Both the position numbers and the translations under genes were made by a program. Of a DNA stretch of 63,373 nt, positions 7,782 to 17,519 are shown one piece after another (the stretch's first letter is position 1; each line of letters opens with the position of its first letter). The notes below the pieces were generated by a model, which was given only the letters and a program-made list of their open reading frames with translations, had not been told where the DNA came from and searched no databases. This DNA is from Candidatus Limnocylindria bacterium (GTDB taxonomy: Bacteria; Chloroflexota; Limnocylindria; QHBO01): contig DATADC010000008.1 of NCBI GenBank assembly GCA_036258735.1, positions 1-63,373 of the forward strand. Direction: 5' to 3'.

Positions 7782-8912
7782 CTAGCCTTCAGGCGAGAGT
7801 CGCTGATCCGGGGGAGGTGGCGAGCCTGGTGCTGCGTCAAGGACTTGCGCCACGACGCCGAAGAAGCGCTCAGCCGTATGGTCCCAGGTCGGGCGGGACG
7901 CAGCCCTTGCGCGAGCCGCCTGCCCCATTGCCTCGCGGAGGTCGGGCTCGACCGCCACTCGCTCCAGCGCTCGGCCAAGCGCCGCCACGTCTCCGACGGG
8001 CGCCAGCAGGCCCTCGCGCTCGTCATCGGCCAGGAAGGGCAGGTTGCCCGCCCGCCAACCGACGACCGGAAGGCCGGCCGCCATGGCCTCTCCCCAGACC
8101 GTTCCGTACGGTTCCTCGAAGCTCGGGAGCACGAACGCGTCCATGCCTCGGTACATGCGGGCGACCGCGCTTGCCGGGATCAGCCCATGGACCATGACGC
8201 GTCCGACAAGGTCCGGCTGGGCCAGCCGACGCCGGACGCGGGAGGCGTACCGGCCGGTCGCCGCATCGCCCACGAGGTGGAGCGTGACGAGCTCGTCCGG
8301 CAATCCCGCCAACGCCTCCAGCAGATCGAGGATGCCCTTGCGGGGCAGCCAATTGGCCACGCACAGCGCCGCGATTCGGCGGCCGTGGCGGAAGTCGGGC
8401 CGCGGGAAGGTCACGCCGCCGTCAGTGGCCGCCTCCGCTGGAGCCGGGTCCTTCCCGGGCGGCACGACCACGAGCCGGCGTCTCGGCACCCCGGCACCAG
8501 CCAGCTGCTCGGCCAGCCATTCGCTCGCCACCATCAGCAGCGCGGCACGCCGATACGCCCAGCGATCCAGCCTCGCGCGCACGGAGCGCGCCACAGAGCC
8601 CGCGTCCATGCCGCCCGGCGGCTGGTGCAGCATCCCCAGGATCGGCACTCGCACGCCGGCCAGCCATGGAGCAGCTGGAGCGGCGGCGATGCTGTCCAGG
8701 ATGAGCGCATCCGCCCACTGGAGGGCTGGGTCTCTCATCCAGATTGGGCCGCTCAACATGGCCCACGGGAGCGGCACATCCGGCAGCGAGATGAACTGGA
8801 TTTGCATGCCATGCAGATGCGCCCGATCGGCGAGGCGCCGGTGGAAGAGATAACCGCCCGTCACGCGGGTGGGGTCACCGAGCGTTAGGAGCGCGAGCCG
8901 GGTGCGGGTCAT
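7782..8912 (-). CDS. GT4-family (GT-B, group 1) glycosyltransferase
   Basis: C-terminal signature FVLPSFEEPYGTVWGEAMAAGLPVVGWRAGNLPFLADDEREGLL (E-x7-E region). GGAG sits 9 nt upstream of ATG 8912. Confidence 0.8.
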   Translation of the reverse strand: MTRTRLALLTLGDPTRVTGGYLFHRRLADRAHLHGMQIQFISLPDVPLPWAMLSGPIWMRDPALQWADALILDSIAAAPAAPWLAGVRVPILGMLHQPPGGMDAGSVARSVRARLDRWAYRRAALLMVASEWLAEQLAGAGVPRRRLVVVPPGKDPAPAEAATDGGVTFPRPDFRHGRRIAALCVANWLPRKGILDLLEALAGLPDELVTLHLVGDAATGRYASRVRRRLAQPDLVGRVMVHGLIPASAVARMYRGMDAFVLPSFEEPYGTVWGEAMAAGLPVVGWRAGNLPFLADDEREGLLAPVGDVAALGRALERVAVEPDLREAMGQAARARAASRPTWDHTAERFFGVVAQVLDAAPGSPPPPDQRLSPEG

Positions 8913-9990
8913 TCATGTCGCTCCGACGGCATTCGGTTCGGGCGGTCTGTTCGGCGGCGGCGAGCGGTATCCGCTGGAGCTGGCGCGGGCCTTGGCGGCG
9001 CACATCGGCTGCGAGCTCGTCACCTTCGGAGCGGTACCGGCTGCCTGGAGCGAAGGCGAACTTCGGATGCGGGTTCTCCGTCCCCTCGCCCTCGTCCGAG
9101 GCCATCCGGGGCGCCCGATCGTACCATCGCTTCCGCGGGCCATCGGCCGAGCCGACATCATCCACCTTCACCAGATGCGGAGCCCGGCCAGCGTCCTGGC
9201 GGCCCTCACGGCCCGCGTTCGCGGCCGCCGCGCCGTCGTCACCGACCACGGACTTGCCGGCAGCGATTGGGGCGGGCTGGTGCCGCGGCTGTACGACCGC
9301 TTCCTCACGGTATCGCGGTACTCGGCCGCCGACATCCGAGCGCCAATGGCCAAGACCCGCGTCATCTACGGCGGTGTCGATCCCGACCGCTTTCGGCCGG
9401 AGGCGGACGTGCAACGCGCCGGCCTGCTGTTCGTCGGTCGGCTGACCCCCCACAAGGGCGTCGACGTCCTGATCCGTGCCCTGCCACCGGGCGCCGAGCT
9501 GACGGTCGTCGGCAGCGAGGGACACGACCGGACGCTCCCCGAGCGCGGGTACCCCAAATTGCTGCGCTCGCTGGCCGCGGGCCGGCGGGTTCGGTTCGCC
9601 GGCGCAGTCGACGATGCGCAGCTGGCCGGCCTCTATCGGCGGGCCGTCGCCCTGGTGCTGCCCTCCGTGGAGCGCACGTGCTACGGGCGCACCATTGCCG
9701 TCTCCGAGCTGCTGGGCTTGGTCGCCCTCGAGGCGATGGCCAGCGGCACGCCGGTCATCGCCAGCCGCCTGGGCGGGCTCCCCGAGGTCGTCGAGGACGG
9801 CGAGACCGGGTTCCTGGTGCCGCCCGGGGAAGAGGCCGCCCTGCGCCAGCGCATGGAAACGCTGCTTCAGGACCCAGCTCTCGCGGCCGATATGGGCGCA
9901 CAGGCTCGCCAGCGGGTGCTCGCCAGATGGACGTGGGCGCATTGTGCCGAGCGGTGCCGAGCCGCCTACGCGGAGCTGCTGGCAGAGTGA
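8902..9990 (+). CDS. GT4-family (group 1) glycosyltransferase
   Basis: FVGRLTPHKGVDVLIRAL...LVLPSVERTCYGRTIAVSELLGLVALEAMASGTPVIASRLGGLPEVVEDGETGFLV. AGGAG sits 9 nt upstream of GTG 8902; GTG 8869 is an alternative start. Confidence 0.8.
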   Translation: MRVIHVAPTAFGSGGLFGGGERYPLELARALAAHIGCELVTFGAVPAAWSEGELRMRVLRPLALVRGHPGRPIVPSLPRAIGRADIIHLHQMRSPASVLAALTARVRGRRAVVTDHGLAGSDWGGLVPRLYDRFLTVSRYSAADIRAPMAKTRVIYGGVDPDRFRPEADVQRAGLLFVGRLTPHKGVDVLIRALPPGAELTVVGSEGHDRTLPERGYPKLLRSLAAGRRVRFAGAVDDAQLAGLYRRAVALVLPSVERTCYGRTIAVSELLGLVALEAMASGTPVIASRLGGLPEVVEDGETGFLVPPGEEAALRQRMETLLQDPALAADMGAQARQRVLARWTWAHCAERCRAAYAELLAE

Positions 9991-10003
9991 CGCCGCTTCG
10001 AGG

Positions 10004-10384
10004 TTAACCGGTCGCCGGCCGCACGTACGAGCTGCCGGCGGTGAGCCCGTAGACGTTGCCATCGGGCGCGCGGAAGTGGAGCCAACCCTCCGTGCCGCGG
10101 ACCTCTGGCTGGCCGAGGACCTCGACGCCTGCCGCGCGCAGCTCGGCAAGGGCCGCGGGCAGGTCGTCGACCAGGAATTCGGGGACCGGCCCGGTCGAGA
10201 AGTGCAGATGATCCTCGTCCGAGGGTCCAAAGACTTCCACCAGCGACGAGTCGGGCATCCGGCCCTCTGCGAAGTCCGGCCCCAGCTCCTCCATCGGCAC
10301 ACCCAGGACGTCGCGGAAGAAGGCGACCGTCTCCTCGAAAGCGGCCGTCCGCGTTCCAACCCACACCACGCCCAACACGCGCAT
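10004..10384 (-). CDS. VOC-family (glyoxalase-like) protein
   Basis: MRVLGVVWVGTRTAAFEETVAFFRDVLGVPM...GWLHFRAPDGNVYGL shows a VOC fold pattern. Confidence 0.7.
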   Translation of the reverse strand: MRVLGVVWVGTRTAAFEETVAFFRDVLGVPMEELGPDFAEGRMPDSSLVEVFGPSDEDHLHFSTGPVPEFLVDDLPAALAELRAAGVEVLGQPEVRGTEGWLHFRAPDGNVYGLTAGSSYVRPATG

Positions 10385-10592
10385 GCTCTAGGATCGCAGC
10401 CGGAGCAAGTGGTCGGCGCCGGTCAATGGGTTAGCCCTGCTCGTTCAGGAGTGCCCCGCGACGACTCGCTATGCTCGAGCCAGGCTCGCGGCGCGGCCAG
10501 AGGTGCTAAGCTCCGGCTGTCGGCGGCTGGCGCCTCATGGCAGATCCACGCCCAGCTTAGTCGCCGCGTTGCGTGGATCGGAGGTGCCCCGA

Positions 10593-11291
10593 ATGACCCA
10601 GGTTTCCCAGGCCCAGCTTCGGGTCGTCGTCGAACAGCCCACCAGGGGCAAGCGCTGGGTCGCCGTGGCGGCGGACTGGCCGGGCCTCGAACGCGGTGGC
10701 AAGTCGGAGGACGAGGCAGTCCATCGGCTGAGTCGCTACCTGCCGCGTTACCTCCCGGTCGCGAAGCGCGCCCGGCTAGGCGCCGAGCTCGCGACCCAGA
10801 CCGACCTCGCCATCATCGCCCGGTACCCGGGGGTGGGCTCGACCGACTTCTGGGGCGTCTCCTTTGCGCCCTCGCCGCTCGACCGCGAGCCGTTCGACGC
10901 GCCGCTCTTCGACCGGCAGGTGCGGCTGCTGCGCGCGGCGTGGGCCGAGTTCGACGAGACGGCAGCCCGCGTCTCCGCGGAGCTCAGGCCGGGCGTCCGG
11001 GGCGGCGGTCGGTCCCGCGACCAGATCGTTCGGCATGTGTTGGCCAACGAGGGCGGCGACTTCTCGAAGCGCGTGAACGCTGATTCGGAGCTGGAGGACC
11101 TGCTTACGCCGGCTGGGCTCGCCCACCATCGAGACCGCTACGTCAAGGCCATGCGCGCCTGGTACGCGGAGGGCAAGCCGCTCGGCAAGTGGACGATCCC
11201 CTACCTGCTGCGCCACACGGCGTATCACGCGCTGGATCACGCGTGGGAAATGCAGGACCGCGACCTGACGGATGATGCCTCAGCGCGATGA
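10593..11291 (+). CDS. DinB-like domain protein (possible HicB-like N-terminus)
   Basis: GGAGG sits 8 nt upstream of ATG 10593. The C-terminal YLLRHTAYHALDHAWEM is DinB/DinB_2-like His-rich. The ORF-track start 10503 is upstream junk. Confidence 0.55.
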   Translation: MTQVSQAQLRVVVEQPTRGKRWVAVAADWPGLERGGKSEDEAVHRLSRYLPRYLPVAKRARLGAELATQTDLAIIARYPGVGSTDFWGVSFAPSPLDREPFDAPLFDRQVRLLRAAWAEFDETAARVSAELRPGVRGGGRSRDQIVRHVLANEGGDFSKRVNADSELEDLLTPAGLAHHRDRYVKAMRAWYAEGKPLGKWTIPYLLRHTAYHALDHAWEMQDRDLTDDASAR

Positions 11292-11355
11292 CGGCTACAC
11301 CGCACTGTCGGTCCGTTTCCGACGGGGGTGTTAACCGCTCGGATTCAGTACAGAG

Positions 11356-11430
11356 TGGCTCCGGCGGTAGGATTCGAACCTACGACCAAGCGGTTAACAG
11401 CCGCCCGCTCTACCACTGAGCTACGCCGGA
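11356..11430 (-). tRNA. tRNA-Asn (anticodon GTT)
   Basis: The reverse complement folds as a cloverleaf: acceptor TCCGGCG/CGCCGGA, D-arm GCTC-AGTGGTA-GAGC, anticodon arm GGCGG-CTGTTAA-CCGCT (GTT), T-arm GTAGG-TTCGAAT-CCTAC, discriminator G, encoded CCA. 75 nt. Confidence 0.9.
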
Positions 11431-11540
11431 ACGCATGCGGGCTCCATGGCGGAACCCCCGAGGACCGGCCGATGATACCGGCCTCTCACCCGCTGGGTCA
11501 AAGACCGATGCACCCCTCTGCGGGAGTACGATCGCACCCG

Positions 11541-12089
11541 ATGACTGACTTCCTGCGCGAGACCACCGACCTCCTGCGACGCACCCCTGAGCTTCTTCGC
11601 GCTCTGCTCGCCGGCCTGCCCGCGTCGTGGGCCGATACCCCGGACACCGACGGCGGTTGGTGTCCCCGCGACGTGGTGGGCCACCTCATCACCGGCGAGC
11701 AGACCGACTGGATCGCGCGGACCCAGCGCATTCTCGAGCACGGTACCTCGCTGCCGTTCGAGCGGTTCGATCGTTTCGCGCACGTCGAGCGGGACATGGA
11801 CGTGACGCTGGACGAGCTGCTGGACCGCTTCGCGCGGCTCCGCGCCGAGAACCTCCAGAAGCTCGCCGAGATCGTTACCCACGCCGACCTCGACCGGCGT
11901 GGCATGCACCCGGCGCTCGGCGTGGTGACGCTGCGCGAGCTGCTGGCCACGTGGGCGGTCCACGACCTGGACCACGTCTCGCAGATCTTCGCGGGCATGG
12001 CGGGCTCTCGCGACGCCGACGTCGGGCCGTGGAAGGCGTACCTCGGCATCCTGCTGCGCCGCGACGACCCGGCCGCCGTCGCCGGCTGA
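11541..12089 (+). CDS. DinB-family protein
   Basis: RDVVGHLITGEQTDWIAR...LLATWAVHDLDHVSQI is the DinB-superfamily His triad pattern. ATG 11541; the ORF-track start 11328 runs across the tRNA. Confidence 0.7.
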   Translation: MTDFLRETTDLLRRTPELLRALLAGLPASWADTPDTDGGWCPRDVVGHLITGEQTDWIARTQRILEHGTSLPFERFDRFAHVERDMDVTLDELLDRFARLRAENLQKLAEIVTHADLDRRGMHPALGVVTLRELLATWAVHDLDHVSQIFAGMAGSRDADVGPWKAYLGILLRRDDPAAVAG

Positions 12090-12108
12090 CGACGACGTCG
12101 GGCGCAAT

Positions 12109-14082
<1,974 letters not shown>

Positions 14083-14084
14083 GC

Positions 14085-15941
14085 TCAGCTCCTCCTGGCG
14101 CCCGCCACGTCCGCGGGCTCATGCATCTCTCGGGTTGCCTCGGCCTTCTCGTGGCCGAGCTGGATCAGTCGTTGCTCAATGGCGTCCAGGCGCGCCCGGT
14201 CGCCGTCCCGCTGCGCCTCCTCGAGGAGGAGACGGCCGTCGCGGAGGTCCTCTTCCAGTCGCTGGATGCGCAGCCGCAGCAGCGCCTCCCTGAGGACGCG
14301 CGCCGCAGTCTCCGAGTCAAGGCTGGCCTCGAACTCGGAGGCCGCCACCCGTGCCAGCAGGTCGCGCGCCAGCTCGCCGGTCGCAGGATCCAGGGACGCG
14401 ACGAAGCGCTCCAGCGCGGCGGCGCCAACGGCGTTGCCGTTCGAGGCGGCCACGTGCGCGCGCCACGCATCCGCCAGCGCAGCGGCCGTGGCGTCACGGA
14501 CGGGCAGCGAGCGATCGTGGGGCAGCTCCCTCGCCAGCCCGGGGTAGCGCATCAGCAGCATGAGCGCCTCGCGCTCCAGCGGACCCAACTGGGCACGCGC
14601 CTCGGCTTGCGGCGCGGCCTGTCGCTCCTTCAGTCCCAGGCCGTGAGCGCCGCGGCGAACCGGCTGGCGCTGGAGTGCCTCATGCAGGATGCGCTCCTCC
14701 ACGCCCACCAGCTGGGCAAGCCGCTGGACGTACAGGTTCCGCTCGATCGGGTCGCCGACCCGCTTCAGGACAGCGAGCACCCGCCCGGTCACATCGCGCT
14801 TGCCCGCCACGCTGTCGAGGCCCACCTCGTTCGCGGTGCGCTCGATGAAGTATTCGATCGCCGGCTTGGCGTTTGCGACGGCCGTGCGCCAGGCGCCCGG
14901 ATCGGTCCTGATCAGCTCGTCTGGATCCTTGCCGGCCGGGATGCGGACCACGCGCACCTTGGAAACGCTCTGGTCGGGGCCGAGCTCCTCCAGCAGGCCG
15001 CGCTGTGTGGCGACCTCGCCGGCCAGGTCCACGTCGTAGGCCAGCGCAACCGCATCGGCATAGCGCGTCGCAAGCTCGACCTGGCCCGCGGTCAGCGCGG
15101 TACCCAGGCTGGCGACCACGTTGGCGAATCCGGCCTGGTGGGCGGCCATCACATCGGTGTAGCCCTCCACGATGACGGCCAGCTTCTCGCGCCGAATTGC
15201 GTTCTTGGCGAGGTCGATGCCGAACAGGGTGCGGCTCTTGTCGAAGAGCGGGCCCGCCGGCGAGTTCAGGTACTTCGGGCCGTCCGCACCGGGCATGATC
15301 CGTCCGCCGAGTCCAACAGCCCGTCCGGACGCGTCGCGGATCGGAATGATGATCCGGCCGCGGAACTTGTCGACGACTCCGCCGCGGTTCGACGGCGAGG
15401 CAAGCCCGGCACCGATGAGCTCCTCGTTCGTGAAGCCCCGGCCGATCAAGCGGCGGGTCATCGCGTCCCAGGTGTTTGGCGCATAACCGATGGCGAAGCG
15501 CTCCAGCGTCTCGACGCTCAAGCCACGTTCGGCCAGGTAGTCCCGAGCACGTTGCGCCTGGTGCGCCTGCAGGAAGACCTCGCGATACCAGGCCACGGCC
15601 GCCTCGAGTGCCTCCCGCAGGCGTCGCTTGCGGCGGTCCTCCTTGGCGGTGCGCTCCGACAGCTCGACTCCCGCCCTCTCGGCCAGCCGGGCCAACGCGT
15701 CGCGGAAGTCAACGCCATCGCGGCGCATGAGGAAGGTGAAGATATCGCCGCCCTCGCCGCAGCCGAAGCAGTGCCACGTCTCGCGGTCGGGGCTGACGAC
15801 GAACGACGGCGTCTTCTCGGAGTGGAACGGGCACAGGCCCTTGTAGGCGGAGCCGGCACGCTTCAGCGCGACCGTCTCGCCCACGACGTCGATGACGGGC
15901 AGTTTGGACTTGATTTCGGCGGCGAGCCCAGACGAGGTCAT
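14085..15941 (-). CDS. dnaG: DNA primase
   Basis: Zinc finger [32 protein letters not shown] and TOPRIM region ([17 protein letters not shown]). Ends 2 nt before rpoD. Confidence 0.95.
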   Translation of the reverse strand: MTSSGLAAEIKSKLPVIDVVGETVALKRAGSAYKGLCPFHSEKTPSFVVSPDRETWHCFGCGEGGDIFTFLMRRDGVDFRDALARLAERAGVELSERTAKEDRRKRRLREALEAAVAWYREVFLQAHQAQRARDYLAERGLSVETLERFAIGYAPNTWDAMTRRLIGRGFTNEELIGAGLASPSNRGGVVDKFRGRIIIPIRDASGRAVGLGGRIMPGADGPKYLNSPAGPLFDKSRTLFGIDLAKNAIRREKLAVIVEGYTDVMAAHQAGFANVVASLGTALTAGQVELATRYADAVALAYDVDLAGEVATQRGLLEELGPDQSVSKVRVVRIPAGKDPDELIRTDPGAWRTAVANAKPAIEYFIERTANEVGLDSVAGKRDVTGRVLAVLKRVGDPIERNLYVQRLAQLVGVEERILHEALQRQPVRRGAHGLGLKERQAAPQAEARAQLGPLEREALMLLMRYPGLARELPHDRSLPVRDATAAALADAWRAHVAASNGNAVGAAALERFVASLDPATGELARDLLARVAASEFEASLDSETAARVLREALLRLRIQRLEEDLRDGRLLLEEAQRDGDRARLDAIEQRLIQLGHEKAEATREMHEPADVAGARRS

Positions 15942-16236
15942 GTGCTCGGGGTCCGGCGGCCTGGGCCGCTTGTCAATAGCTTTGTCAAGAGGTACGAGGT
16001 AATTCTAGCGCATTGTCAACAGCGGCGTCCAGCCGATCGCGCAGTCGGCTCGCTCGACAGGCTCCCGTAAACTCGACGGTCCGACCGCACCAGACCGGCC
16101 ACCACCGCACCGGAGGGTACCTATCACCAGCCTCACCGTCCCGGCAGCCCTGCCGCCCGAGGCAGGCCCGCGCGCCGCGCTCGAAGCCCAGTTTCGCGAG
16201 CTGCACGCTCGGCGGCTGAACGGGTTCGCGCTGCTG

Positions 16237-16737
16237 GTGACCCTCGGCGACCGGGGCTCGGCGGCGGCTGCCACTTCGTCGGCCCTCGCCGAGGCGGCAG
16301 GCCACATTTCGGAGCTGAGGCACCCCGAACGCGCCGCGGCCTGGTTGCGTGCCCGGGCCATGGTGCGCCTGGCGCGCGCGAGGCGTTCCAAGCTTGCCGA
16401 GGATGCCCGTCGCGACGCGTTGCGGCCGTTGGGCGTCGACCGCCTCGTGTACGACCGCCTGGCGCGGTTGACGCTGGCACAGCGGGCCGCCCTGGTTGCA
16501 GCATCGGTCGAGCGCTTCGAGCCACTCGACGTGGAGCAGATCCTGGGACGCGACGCCGCGGCCACGCGCCGGCTGCTGGAGCGGGCACGGTCACGGTACC
16601 TGGCTGATGCGACGGGCCGTGACCCAGCCACGACCGCGCCGCTGCCGGCGACGGCCCGCCACGTGCCCGGAGGAGTGACCGAGCGCGTTAATGGCGTTGC
16701 GGCGCGCACGGTGGGCGCATCGTGGAGATCGGCATGA
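16237..16737 (+). CDS. ECF-type sigma factor-like protein (N-terminus probably longer, see findings)
   Basis: Region-4-like HTH ([45 protein letters not shown]). Stop overlaps the start of a ZAS-type anti-sigma gene (ATGA). GTG 16237 is the first canonical start, but the frame is open and protein-like back to 16009. Confidence 0.5.
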   Translation: MTLGDRGSAAAATSSALAEAAGHISELRHPERAAAWLRARAMVRLARARRSKLAEDARRDALRPLGVDRLVYDRLARLTLAQRAALVAASVERFEPLDVEQILGRDAAATRRLLERARSRYLADATGRDPATTAPLPATARHVPGGVTERVNGVAARTVGASWRSA

Positions 16738-17516
16738 CCCGATCCCAGCCGGACGCGTCCGCGGATCTTCACCAGCGCTTCCACGACTGGCTGATGGGCG
16801 GCTCGTCAGGCGAGCCGCCACGCGACGTCGCCCTCCACGCCGCGTTCTGCGCGGAGTGCGGCCACGCCATGGCGGCCGTGGATCTGCTCTCGCTCGTCGA
16901 CACCGGCCAAGCGCCGATGCCTCCGGTCAACGCGGAGGCGCGCGGGCCGCGCAGCATCTCACCGGCGATGCGCGCCGGCTTGGCCGCCGCGGCCGGAATC
17001 GTGCTGGGCGTGGCCGCCTGGGCGGCGGTGCCGGCAGACCTTCGGCCCCCGGGACTCGTGGCCCCATCCTCCGAGCAGCCGACCCAGGGAGTCCTGGGCG
17101 GGATCGGGATCGGCGGCGTACTTCTGACGCCGGGTCCCGAGGCGACCGACGAGGCGACCGCGGCATCGGCCGACGAGCCACCATCCAGCACCGCCGCACC
17201 GCCGTCATCCGCTCCGGGCATACCGGGCAGCGTCGCGCCGAGCGTTACTCCCCAGGTGGGCAGCGAGACCCGGCAACCCGAAGTGAGCGAGATTCCGGCT
17301 CCCAGCTTCTCGCGGCCCCCAACTGCCCGCCCGACCAGGTCGCCGTCGCCGCGGCCGTCGTCAGCTCCGCCATCCCCCACCCAGCCGACGACGCCGGAGC
17401 CGACCCCGTCGCCCATCGTCGACGACTGCGAGGACGGGCTGGACAATGACGGCGATCTTCTGGTCGACCTCGCCGATCCCGGCTGCCTGCTCGACGGCAA
17501 CGAGCCGTCCGCCTGA
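16734..17516 (+). CDS. putative zinc-binding (ZAS) anti-sigma factor, single-pass membrane protein
   Basis: H-x3-C-x2-C motif (HAAFCAECGH), one TM (LAAAAGIVLGVAAWAAV), a long Pro/Ser/Thr-rich extracytoplasmic linker and a C-terminal Cys-bracketed Asp-rich motif. Coupled to the sigma gene. Confidence 0.6.
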   Translation: MTRSQPDASADLHQRFHDWLMGGSSGEPPRDVALHAAFCAECGHAMAAVDLLSLVDTGQAPMPPVNAEARGPRSISPAMRAGLAAAAGIVLGVAAWAAVPADLRPPGLVAPSSEQPTQGVLGGIGIGGVLLTPGPEATDEATAASADEPPSSTAAPPSSAPGIPGSVAPSVTPQVGSETRQPEVSEIPAPSFSRPPTARPTRSPSPRPSSAPPSPTQPTTPEPTPSPIVDDCEDGLDNDGDLLVDLADPGCLLDGNEPSA

Positions 17517-17519
17517 GGG

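Noticed and set aside
1-11430. Genomic island or integrative element inserted at the 3' end of tRNA-Asn (parAB, decayed gene, accessory functions to the left of the tRNA 3' end).
   Set aside because: - There is no integrase, recombinase or transposase anywhere in the window.
- There is no copy of the tRNA 3' segment that I could spot as an att repeat.
- There is no obvious compositional break.
- The left boundary would lie outside the window.

I kept it only as a weak contextual remark.
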